Source of the DNA: Candidatus Thorarchaeota archaeon
GTDB taxonomy: Archaea > Asgardarchaeota > Heimdallarchaeia > Hodarchaeales > Hodarchaeaceae
Length of the DNA stretch: 32,000 nt
NCBI GenBank assembly: GCA_048882505.1
Contig: JBHLRO010000005.1
Location: 90,001 to 122,000, forward strand
Reading direction: 5' to 3'
Below are positions 18,101 to 25,935 of the stretch, piece by piece. A program made the translations under genes and the position numbers. The number at the start of each line of letters is the position of its first letter. The first letter of the stretch is position 1. Below the pieces are notes generated by a model. The model saw only the letters and a list, made by a program, of their open reading frames with translations, did not search any database and had not been told where the DNA came from.

Positions 18101-19775
18101 GGGGTTGCATTCCCTTCAGATTTCTTTTTCAAGCCCTAACTACGAATCAAGCGAGATTGGGGTAGAATTCGAGGTTATTGAGATGTCTACCCTAGAATTG
18201 TCTTCCGATAGTGTTCATTTGCCCGATAACGGAACAGTCCTCATAGAAGATTTGTTTCCGATATCGATAGACAATTACTTAACGTATCAAGGTGAAAATA
18301 TCGGTCATCTGGATGAAGTCAATATTTGGCTGAACGGTACCCCCGTTTCAAAAGCAGATTTTGAGGAGGTTCACTTGCTTCAGACTCCTTTTTCTTTAGC
18401 TTTTTCCACTAGTGGCTGGCAGCATGGTTTCTATAATCTCACTTTTCAACTTGTTACCTGGGGTTACCAAACCCGGTACTTTACCTCTAATATTACACTA
18501 CGGGGTCGGCCCATCGAAATGGAGCTGGTAATCTTACCAGGGACCACGATTTCGCAGGGAGAAAATCTCACCTTTATTATCGAATTAAGTTATCATTTGG
18601 CTCCGCAAGGAGGCGGATCAAGTGTGCAACTTGCTCCACTTGGAGCAATAAATGTAACCTTCTACATCATGATCGAAAATGAAAATGGTTCCCAGTCTAT
18701 TTTTGAATGTCTTAGGCAAACCAACAGTCAGGGTGAAGCTTCCTATATAATTCCAGGTTCCCAGACATTAGCCGCCTATCGTTTTTCAAAGATCACCATT
18801 CAAACCGGAATGGGATTATCTAGTTTGCCATATTCCTACACGATGTCTCCTGAAAAGCTTGAATCGTATAATTTCCTTCCAGCACAAGTTGATATCACGG
18901 GAGTCATCATTTTTGTTTTAATCATCGTCGTTTTAGTGCTAGTGTCCGCATTTGCAGCTGGAGGGGCTGCACGTACTGTTCATCGTAAACGTGAAAAGCG
19001 GGCTCAAGTGGTCCAGAAACATGACGTTGCGATTGAACGGAGTTTTGAAGATATTAAATCAATTAAGGCAATTGTCGGACGTGTCGAGTCAGGTTTACCA
19101 TTTTATTACGAAAATACCACCGCGGATATCCGTACAGATCCACACGCCTTGTCGGGTATGTCAGCCGCGATTTCCTCATTTATGCAGGATGTATCAGGGG
19201 GAATGAGTTCCCGTTTTGAAGATGGAGAGATGGCGGAGCAGATCGAGATTATGAGTCGCCACGGATTGCACCTACTCATGTGGAACGGGGAGTTTATCAC
19301 AATGATGATTATATCCGATATTGAACTCCCTGATTATTTCAGAAGCAGGTTGGCAGGGTTAGGCAACGAACTGGAATTCACATTTAAAGAAGAACTAAAG
19401 GAATTCTATTCTACGGAACAGATCCCATCATCAAGCGTAAGGAAAATTGTTCATAGGTACATTCCCTTACATTACTTTTCTGCGTTCATTCTAAATGAAG
19501 GGGTTATAACTCTTAGAGGCATCAAATTTTCCAAAGAAGAAAAGAAGATGATTTCGTTAATAAAAGGGATTCTCTTTGAGAAAAACGGGATGCAATTCCT
19601 GTTTTCCGAACAGATTATTTCTCATCTTTCAAACCATTTCAAGAGAAGTAAATGCATCAACTTTTTAGATAAGGCTATTGAGCAGAATTTATTGATCGAA
19701 TTTGATCCTGAAGACATATTACATGCTAAAGAAGGGCAGTCCGAAGAATCCATCCCACTAGGCCAGAATCTCTAG
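15132..19775 (+). CDS. Large glycosylated single-pass surface protein with cytoplasmic longin/roadblock-like tail
   Basis: N-terminal hydrophobic segment, ~1200-aa beta-rich region with dozens of N-x-S/T sequons, TM helix (about 18894-18971) followed by RKREKR, then an SGLP.Y...LSG...AISSF..DV tail. Confidence 0.8.
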   Translation: MVDFSRWSKNGQKFIQFLFILLVAIPIANPLLFQPEDKFFVEKHFNTTILRNPEGGLIPQTEEMRSVAKSSRISKELGNDPTDSAASDRGLLSHSIGTRLGIGTGSHSVIDSYTRVNLSELNTMNSIKDGYTSQRNATFSIDPLVASSQEAVFFQIQEVIAQEDWRAMENNISSADSLSSTSFVEAGQKFEIKEDYANITEVSVFLKYVDAIGLDGNIPHGNVSIHDDNSGEPGKQLGTMTLEEGFGSLDIGPAIPAAWISYRFSVPINLTKGSYWLVLNDTGIPAEGSWEWYAQEDTSLGNAGDIVLKTSHVDTWSLNPFPYDGHDIISAVRILPTDGNWNNLTYTSPSDIKMNYTTTEGGYTLSSFSFEANNTLSHEFNTTTSVSFSLLNTVNYAYSGNPINGTSTYRAENGSLVLWNITFSTIQISTSDAIKNRTITIDGIPVDWNGSRIYWNNSDVPEYPDLINDFNVTWDGDPAHKYTHGNTTMVVNVSTLTDNVTWHVWFEAPNYLLNFTLGRGTTPFIIPYEANATDLLNLTFYTRYTGNLSYWIDFPNGSSIARVDINGINTEFWEEWDIIQTLDPTINVNGTYWLQAFWSKDNSTKVGTFVRYLDLFVNTSLSPLNDTEILIGQSLNLAVNYRSTHNGTDIKGALIWANASWPTGARQNVTMNQLGDGSYNASFSTTGQPAGYIGTVTVNTRVGWFVNRTQIFFVKFVENSSLFVDRQNLVLEWRENATLRIDYLNSTNGVIFDGIVKIAGNVVSFDTGAFFYSLNTTDFGGIGSYMDIPIVATHSQYLSRQINISLTITSGETSIEGKYKGQPQTNNTLISEDIIFAANAQDTFMINFRYHSTFPIDLTLNTTPVVNYSAIQGVSLKSELNLTWTIIINPDSIGTYSINVSFSLANYNRSLFNFKINVIKAPTEVVSNIAFPRIVYFTDNFVFYLQFQSTAYNEPIPLVTPTIDDESKITFLNNDTEKYWFRFNTTQLSLGLHSLQISFSSPNYESSEIGVEFEVIEMSTLELSSDSVHLPDNGTVLIEDLFPISIDNYLTYQGENIGHLDEVNIWLNGTPVSKADFEEVHLLQTPFSLAFSTSGWQHGFYNLTFQLVTWGYQTRYFTSNITLRGRPIEMELVILPGTTISQGENLTFIIELSYHLAPQGGGSSVQLAPLGAINVTFYIMIENENGSQSIFECLRQTNSQGEASYIIPGSQTLAAYRFSKITIQTGMGLSSLPYSYTMSPEKLESYNFLPAQVDITGVIIFVLIIVVLVLVSAFAAGGAARTVHRKREKRAQVVQKHDVAIERSFEDIKSIKAIVGRVESGLPFYYENTTADIRTDPHALSGMSAAISSFMQDVSGGMSSRFEDGEMAEQIEIMSRHGLHLLMWNGEFITMMIISDIELPDYFRSRLAGLGNELEFTFKEELKEFYSTEQIPSSSVRKIVHRYIPLHYFSAFILNEGVITLRGIKFSKEEKKMISLIKGILFEKNGMQFLFSEQIISHLSNHFKRSKCINFLDKAIEQNLLIEFDPEDILHAKEGQSEESIPLGQNL

Positions 19776-20048
19776 TCGTAGAACCATCCTTAAGCAAAAA
19801 TGGACCTTTTTTTGGCAGGGTGTAACAACGGGAATGGTAAGTTAGATTTTGCTAAAAACCTGAATCGAATTTCACTATTGTTGATCGGGACGAGGTTTAA
19901 TTTGCCGATGTTAATAATTTGTCTATTATTAAGGGTCAACCGCCATTCATAGGGAGAAAAGTTCCGAAGTAGTAAGGATTAAGTCATATTATACTACAGA
20001 CTCCAATATTCTCCACAGATCTTTTTGATTGCGTTAGAAGGCGTTAAA

Positions 20049-21206
20049 ATGCCAACATGTCCAAATTGTACGTCATTGGTTGAAGAAGGAACCATTTTTT
20101 GTTTCAATTGCGGGTTTAATCTGCTTATAGACTCTTATGTTCATCAAACGAAAAATATTGCCTCCAAAAGTCTAGATCTGTCTGCTGATGTTATTACTCA
20201 ATACCACGATTTGGAACTCAAGTTAAAAGAACTTACAGATATAGAAGTTAAGCTGCAGGATCAACGATCATATCGAAGAGACCTGGAGGAGTTAAGTCAG
20301 AACGCAAATGAGCATCTCTCTCAATTAAGTGCCCAAAGGTATAAAGAGTTCCAAGATGTTAAAAAACTGAAAGAAATGAGTGTAACATCTGTTGTCGCTC
20401 GGCTTAAAGGCGACCGCGAGGAAAAACTTCAAAAAGAAGAACTCGAATATTTTACGATCTTAAATAAGGAAGAATCAGCGCAGGTAGAAGTTAATCGTCT
20501 GAATACACTTATCAAGGATACTGATTATAACATTACGGAACTAGAAAAGCTACTGTCGCTAAAAAGAACCCTCCAGAAAGATCTTGAGGGATTAATACAT
20601 GAAGTGTGTGCCGGGGTTACGGATCCGATTGAGGACGGGATAGAAGCAGATCTGAAGGTATTGGTTACAAAGACGAATCCGATTTCCCTCCGAAGGAGTG
20701 CTTATACTCGAGCCAGGGCACACATGCAAAATGCTGAGCGTAATCTAGGAGAAGCTCTAGACCTGTTAGGAAGCGCTTCTAGTCTTTCAACGTGGGATAC
20801 TTTCTTTGGAGGAGGAATATTTGTGGATTCAATGAAGCATTCACGTATGGCTACAGCTAGAAATCTAGTTCATAGCGCTCATAATGATATCCAACTTGCC
20901 AATAAAGAGGCTCCTGAGATCAGAGCATCATCTCAAGCTTTCGTGGAGGATATCAGTTTTTTCTGGGACGGTTTCATGGATAATATCTTTTCTGATTTAA
21001 GTTCAAGAGGAAAAATCCACCGATCGATTTCCTCTGTCCGTGATGCCCTTGAAGATTCACACAATGTCATCCAATGGATTGATCGACAGTTAAATCAACT
21101 TGATAACGAGTATAAAGCACTAGAAGAGCAGATCAAAGATACTAGGAGCCGATTGTTGCGAGAAAGGAAGCGGATGATCGAAGATGCAATTTCAAATGCA
21201 AAATAG
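20049..21206 (+). CDS. Zinc-ribbon plus coiled-coil hypothetical protein
   Basis: CPNC...V.....FCFNCG at the probable start (ATG 20049), long heptad-like helices, and WDTFFGGG...D..KH and D.F.DNIFSD motifs. Confidence 0.7.
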   Translation: MPTCPNCTSLVEEGTIFCFNCGFNLLIDSYVHQTKNIASKSLDLSADVITQYHDLELKLKELTDIEVKLQDQRSYRRDLEELSQNANEHLSQLSAQRYKEFQDVKKLKEMSVTSVVARLKGDREEKLQKEELEYFTILNKEESAQVEVNRLNTLIKDTDYNITELEKLLSLKRTLQKDLEGLIHEVCAGVTDPIEDGIEADLKVLVTKTNPISLRRSAYTRARAHMQNAERNLGEALDLLGSASSLSTWDTFFGGGIFVDSMKHSRMATARNLVHSAHNDIQLANKEAPEIRASSQAFVEDISFFWDGFMDNIFSDLSSRGKIHRSISSVRDALEDSHNVIQWIDRQLNQLDNEYKALEEQIKDTRSRLLRERKRMIEDAISNAK

Positions 21207-21218
21207 GGATGTGGGGAT

Positions 21219-21995
21219 ATGAATATTGTGTGTACAGGAAACACAAGGGGGATAGGGCTTGCGTTGACCCATGAATTCCTCAATCATGGAGACGATGTCA
21301 TCATTTCTTCAAGGGATGGCAATAGGGTCTCAGAAATAATTCAGGAACTCGGACCAAACTATCCAGGTCAGTCTATCCATGGAATGGTGTGTGATGTAAG
21401 AAATCCAAAGCAGGTTGAAGAATTGGGAGAATTTGCCAAGGAAAAGCTAGAATCAATAGACATCTGGATAAATAACGCAGGTATTCGGGGGCCACTCAAT
21501 CCAATACAAGAAACTCCTGTTGACCAGTATTATGACGTGATTAACACGAACCTTATGGGGGTGCTTAATGGATGTAAAATTGCCCTAAAAATTATGATTG
21601 ACCAGCCTAACGGTGGAAATATCTTTAATATGGCCGGTATGGGATCTTTTGGCAGGGCAACACCCCGAATGGCCGCGTATGGAGCATCAAAAGCTGGGAT
21701 TCCTGTATTAACTAAGAGCCTAGTGGAGGAAACCAAGAAAACACAAGTAGGTATTCACGTACTATCTCCTGGGATGGTTATCAGTGATTTTATTGGAAAA
21801 AATATAACACCCCAAGCCGCTCGAATTTACAATATCCTAGGGGATCTGCCTGAAACTGTTGCAAAGGTTCTCGTACCCCAAGTTCGCAATATACAAGGAA
21901 CAGGTAAAACAATTAGATATTTAACGCGAAAAAGGACCATGATACGTTTCTTAACAGCAAGAAGAAGAAAAAATCGTTTTTACGAAATAGATTGA
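21219..21995 (+). CDS. Short-chain dehydrogenase/reductase
   Basis: TG.TRGIG, IDIWINNAG and YGASK catalytic motif. Confidence 0.92.
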   Translation: MNIVCTGNTRGIGLALTHEFLNHGDDVIISSRDGNRVSEIIQELGPNYPGQSIHGMVCDVRNPKQVEELGEFAKEKLESIDIWINNAGIRGPLNPIQETPVDQYYDVINTNLMGVLNGCKIALKIMIDQPNGGNIFNMAGMGSFGRATPRMAAYGASKAGIPVLTKSLVEETKKTQVGIHVLSPGMVISDFIGKNITPQAARIYNILGDLPETVAKVLVPQVRNIQGTGKTIRYLTRKRTMIRFLTARRRKNRFYEID

Positions 21996-22061
21996 CATCA
22001 GCTAGCCTGTTATTCTTCTCCACATTTCCATTCAAATCTCGGAAATCGTCTCATCCCCCTA

Positions 22062-23489
22062 TTAAGATTTAATAGAATAAACAAAATCAATAAGCTCACG
22101 CATCGTTGCGACAGTATATACCTCCGCACCCGCGTTTTCAAAGTGTCGAACGACCGAATCTCCTGAATTCCATGTTTCGGGAGGTTCGGGATTAAGAATC
22201 AAGCAACGTTTTGCTGAGACTGCCATTTTTTTTAGTAGATCCGCACTGATTGGATTTCCCTGTATCCACATACCTTCAAAATCACGACAATCCCCAAAAA
22301 TCAAAACTGTGGTTCGTCGGTTAATTGGATGATATCTAATTAGCAGAGAAAAATCTTCGAAGGAAGTTTGGTAGTCAGAATGAATTCTGCGTAGACGTAG
22401 CGTGTGTTTCCAGGCCAATTCTCTTTCTTCCAATGCCTGATCTATCGTAGGTTGATTTAATGCGTCCGTGACTTCTACGCAACAATTATCAAACTCAAAC
22501 ACGCGGACCCTCTTGAAAACAGACCTGGCCGCATAGGTAATGACAAAGAACCAATCTGCAATCCAACGGGTAGAGCGGGAAACATCATTGAGTATGAAAA
22601 TGTCTGGATCTTGGATCCGTTTCTTCTTTTGAATAAGATTAAGCGGAATTCCATTAGTTGCCAAATTCTTTCGCATCGTTCTTCGAAAATCCAATTTCCC
22701 TCGCTTCGCGCGTTCACGCCGACGTCTTTCTCTGCTCGCTAAGATCCGTCCGATTACGATAAGTTGGTGTTTAACATTCGTGATGGTTAGAGAGAGTGTC
22801 GTTAAGTCTTGATCTAGAAAGGATTCAATTGGTTTCATAACTTCAGGGAGCTCAGGTGCCTTATGAATTCCAAAATTCCCTGCTTCCGTTATTTGTTCTA
22901 TTTCACGTTCAAGAGATTGTTGGAATTGTTGAAGGGCTCCTGCAAAACGAAGAGTCGTAGCAGGAAGAGCCTGTCTTTGGATTGGGGTTAATCCACGTAT
23001 GGGAAGGCGTAATCCAAATGCAAGTTGGAAAGCACGTCTCAGAGTTCCCTGTAATCTTTCCAGCTCTTCTCGAAGATCGCTGGAACTACCCACGCCATTA
23101 GATCCGATCATTGAAACTGCGGTTTGGATGGCTTCAGATACCTGATTCTGTACAAGCATCTCACCAATGGCATAATCAATCCTCTGAGGACTGCTTTCAA
23201 GGCGGCGTAAAAATAGCTCAAGCTCTTGAGTCAACTGCATTTGCGGTTGAGACTCCTTGCCTTCAGATAATTGGTACCTGGTGGAAGAAAAATACATATT
23301 AAAGCATTCCTTGAAAATGGAAAGATTGTCCTTTTGTTTTACCAGGGTGGCTCTCAAACCCAAAAGGAGATCATCTCTGGAGGCGACCCCCAGTAATTGG
23401 TAAACTTTTTGAGCTGAAATGGTCTCATCGGGAGAAATGGGCAGTCCAAAGTATCGTAACATTGAAATAAAGTCCAAAATGACGGACAA
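22062..23489 (-). CDS. VWA-domain protein (CoxE-like)
   Basis: GKLDFRRTMR, MIDAS-like DVSRS, RVFEF, GDCR and LNPEP...W..GDS motifs. Adjacent to a MoxR ATPase. Confidence 0.85.
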   Translation of the reverse strand: MSVILDFISMLRYFGLPISPDETISAQKVYQLLGVASRDDLLLGLRATLVKQKDNLSIFKECFNMYFSSTRYQLSEGKESQPQMQLTQELELFLRRLESSPQRIDYAIGEMLVQNQVSEAIQTAVSMIGSNGVGSSSDLREELERLQGTLRRAFQLAFGLRLPIRGLTPIQRQALPATTLRFAGALQQFQQSLEREIEQITEAGNFGIHKAPELPEVMKPIESFLDQDLTTLSLTITNVKHQLIVIGRILASRERRRRERAKRGKLDFRRTMRKNLATNGIPLNLIQKKKRIQDPDIFILNDVSRSTRWIADWFFVITYAARSVFKRVRVFEFDNCCVEVTDALNQPTIDQALEERELAWKHTLRLRRIHSDYQTSFEDFSLLIRYHPINRRTTVLIFGDCRDFEGMWIQGNPISADLLKKMAVSAKRCLILNPEPPETWNSGDSVVRHFENAGAEVYTVATMRELIDFVYSIKS

Positions 23490-23491
23490 TG

Positions 23492-24391
23492 TTACCTAAC
23501 TTCCTTATTTCCGAGACGAATTATCTCAGTTATCTGAGTTTCCAAACGCTGTATGTCCTCCTCGTACTTTAACAATACAGGAAGAGTCTCGACCAGGGTT
23601 CTCTTATCTATGTGCTCTTTCCCCAGATAAATCAATGCTTTCGCCCAATCAATGGTTTCGGCAATAGATGGTAATTTCCGTAAATCATAAGTCCGAATTT
23701 GTTGAACAATACCCGTTATACTGCCCAATAACGGCGTGTCGAAATCAAGCCCTGTATGAGTGGCGAGAATTTGACGTTCTCGTTCAGGAGTCGGAAAATC
23801 GATATACAAATAGAGGCATCTTCGCCGTAAAGGTTCACTGAGGTCACGGTAGGAGTTACTAGTTAGAATCACGATTTGATCATCAGTTTGGGCAGAAAAG
23901 GTTCCAAGTTCAGGGATAGTAATCTGTCGTTCCCCTAACGCTTCAAGAAGAAATGCTTCAAATTCTTCATCAGATTTATCGATCTCGTCAATGAGAAGGA
24001 CGCTGGGTTCCGAATTAATGAATGACAAAAATAAGGGACGCTCAATAAAAAATTCCCGTGAGAATATTTCATCCATGTCAACTCGGTTCTTGCTTGTATC
24101 TGATCTCAGTCTTTCCAGCTCAATATGGAGGAGTTGTCGTTTATAATCAAATTCCCCAATAACCGATTCGGCCTGTATCCCTTCAAAACACTGAATTCTG
24201 TACAAATGCCAATTCAAAGTCCTGGCTGCGGCAATAGCAATACTGGTTTTTCCAGTTCCTGCTGGGCCTTCAATCAGTACAGGTCTCTGTAACTCCAGTG
24301 CAAGCCTGAGTGTAAGGTCAATTTCTGGATTAGATACATAATCCGCTAGAGCTAAATTTATGGCCATTGGTTTCGGCTCCATGTCGTTCAT
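23492..24391 (-). CDS. MoxR-family AAA+ ATPase (CoxD-like)
   Basis: Walker A EGPAGTGKT, RIQCFEG, Walker B LLIDEIDK, and LRRRC. Start placed at ATG 24391 because the track's TTG at 24448 lies inside the duplicated kinase fragment. Confidence 0.88.
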   Translation of the reverse strand: MNDMEPKPMAINLALADYVSNPEIDLTLRLALELQRPVLIEGPAGTGKTSIAIAAARTLNWHLYRIQCFEGIQAESVIGEFDYKRQLLHIELERLRSDTSKNRVDMDEIFSREFFIERPLFLSFINSEPSVLLIDEIDKSDEEFEAFLLEALGERQITIPELGTFSAQTDDQIVILTSNSYRDLSEPLRRRCLYLYIDFPTPERERQILATHTGLDFDTPLLGSITGIVQQIRTYDLRKLPSIAETIDWAKALIYLGKEHIDKRTLVETLPVLLKYEEDIQRLETQITEIIRLGNKEVR

Positions 24392-24432
24392 ATTGTAATG
24401 AAAACCGTTCCAGCTTCTTAGACTTCCCTGGA

Positions 24433-24579
24433 TGATTTTCTGCGCCAATTTGCGCCAATCACTTCAAAATCCTTGGTAATTAGGAGATGAGCTTTTGGTT
24501 TCAAAGATTGCGCTACTTGATGTTCTCTTTCCAGGGCTTTCAATCTCTCTTCATTGAGCTTTTCTTTTCCCCAAATTAA
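24433..24579 (-). pseudogene. Duplicated 3' fragment of the kinase gene (repeat copy B)
   Basis: Matches 25249-25395 with 7 mismatches in 147 bp by hand alignment. No start codon; the TGA stop is changed to TGG. Confidence 0.9.
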
Positions 24580-24582
24580 AAC

Positions 24583-25107
24583 CTAATCATCTGGTTTGGC
24601 ATCAATCAAAATGCCGGCTAGGAGGGCCCGATTGGAACTTTTATTTATCCATGCGTGATTCGTCCCCTGTTGAATAACCACATTAAACGGCTTCAATTCT
24701 ACCTCGGTTTCCTCAAGTAAAAGCGTAATCTCACCCTCTAGCACGATAATGTAGTCAACTGTTTCCGTCTTGTGCATATAAGGATGTTTCGAAGTATCTT
24801 TACGGCAATGAAGAGCCTTTAAGGTAGATAAACCTTGCACAGCCAGATTCTCAAGCTTAGACTTTGTTAATTTCGGATCAAGCGGTGGAATTTCGAAAAA
24901 ACGGAAGATAGTTCCGCTTGGCGGAGGTTCAAGGGGAAGTAATTCAATTCCCGCCAGATCAATAGCTTTTGAATTATCTACGGGCGTTTCCCGAGTAACC
25001 CAAAACTGGTGTATAGTTCCATATTGAAAAGGGGAATCATCTATGATAATGGTCGATTTTTTTTCTTCGTTGTTCCCTGTTACGATTCTCCGAATTTCTT
25101 TGATCAT
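24583..25107 (-). CDS. Cupin-domain protein
   Basis: RRIVTG, MHKTETVDY.IVLEGE and Q.GTNHAW.N motifs. Probable start ATG 25107 (track start 25146). Confidence 0.88.
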   Translation of the reverse strand: MIKEIRRIVTGNNEEKKSTIIIDDSPFQYGTIHQFWVTRETPVDNSKAIDLAGIELLPLEPPPSGTIFRFFEIPPLDPKLTKSKLENLAVQGLSTLKALHCRKDTSKHPYMHKTETVDYIIVLEGEITLLLEETEVELKPFNVVIQQGTNHAWINKSSNRALLAGILIDAKPDD

Positions 25108-25248
25108 ATTCAACACCTGACTACTTCCTACTCGAACTTGAGACATTCTTACTTGGGATTTTTTATCCTTGATCTCCTAACAGGGTTTTACGATAATGAA
25201 TAGGTCATCAAGAACCTAATTTCTTCCAGGGGCTTAGTCTGCGCTAGG

Positions 25249-25395
25249 TGATTTTCTGCGTCAATTTGCACTAATCACTTCAAAATCCTTGGTAATTAGG
25301 AGATGAGCTTTTGGTTTCAATGATTGCACTACTTGATGTTCTCTTTCCAGGACTTTCAATCTCTCTTCATTGAGCTTTTCTTTTCCCCTAATTAA
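25249..25395 (-). repeat. Direct repeat copy A (3' end and stop of the kinase gene)
   Basis: Offset 816 bp from copy B at 24433-24579. Confidence 0.9.
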
Positions 25396-25896
25396 TTGGG
25401 CCTTTTTGGTTTCATGGTAAGATAGGTCGATCATTATTTTCAAGTTTACTTCCGCACTCAAACAATAAAGTCCATCTAGAATCAGAACCTGAATTCCACG
25501 AAAATCAGTAGTTAAATTGTCTACTTGATCTGTTAATAAATCGATGCACGGCATTGAGCATTTTTTGTCTTCCTTGAAATCTAAGATATGTTTATTAACT
25601 AATTCCCAGTCTAGTTCAGTGATTCCAATAGAATCAATGCCCTTTTCTTTTCTCCAAGCCGCTCTTTGTTTTGGATGGATTTTGTAATAGTTATCAGTGT
25701 GAATTATTTTTGCGTAAACCCCCATATTCTTCAAAGTCTTCGAAATCATATGAGAGACTTCGCTTTTTCCTGATCCTGATTCCCCACCAATTGCCAGCGT
25801 AAACTTGTTTAACTTCGTTGGATCTCCGAGTTTTTCAACAATTTCCTTAGCTACTTTCTCATGGTTATCTGTAATTAGGAGAACGTCACCCAGCAC
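25261..25896 (-). CDS. P-loop kinase, uridine-kinase-like
   Basis: Walker A GGESGSGKS, HTDNYY and ILDGLY motifs. Confidence 0.75.
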   Translation of the reverse strand: MLGDVLLITDNHEKVAKEIVEKLGDPTKLNKFTLAIGGESGSGKSEVSHMISKTLKNMGVYAKIIHTDNYYKIHPKQRAAWRKEKGIDSIGITELDWELVNKHILDFKEDKKCSMPCIDLLTDQVDNLTTDFRGIQVLILDGLYCLSAEVNLKIMIDLSYHETKKAQLIRGKEKLNEERLKVLEREHQVVQSLKPKAHLLITKDFEVISAN

Positions 25897-25935
25897 GATT
25901 TTTCACCCTTTCTACATCTGCTTTGGCATTAATGA

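Noticed and set aside
24392-24448. N-terminal extension of the MoxR ATPase from TTG 24448
   Set aside because: The start falls inside the duplicated kinase fragment and ATG 24391 is more parsimonious, though an ancestral TTG/TGA overlap cannot be excluded.
24441-24459. Tandem TGCGCCAAT repeat as possible target-site duplication
   Set aside because: It is present only in repeat copy B and arises from point differences relative to copy A; it does not flank the insert.
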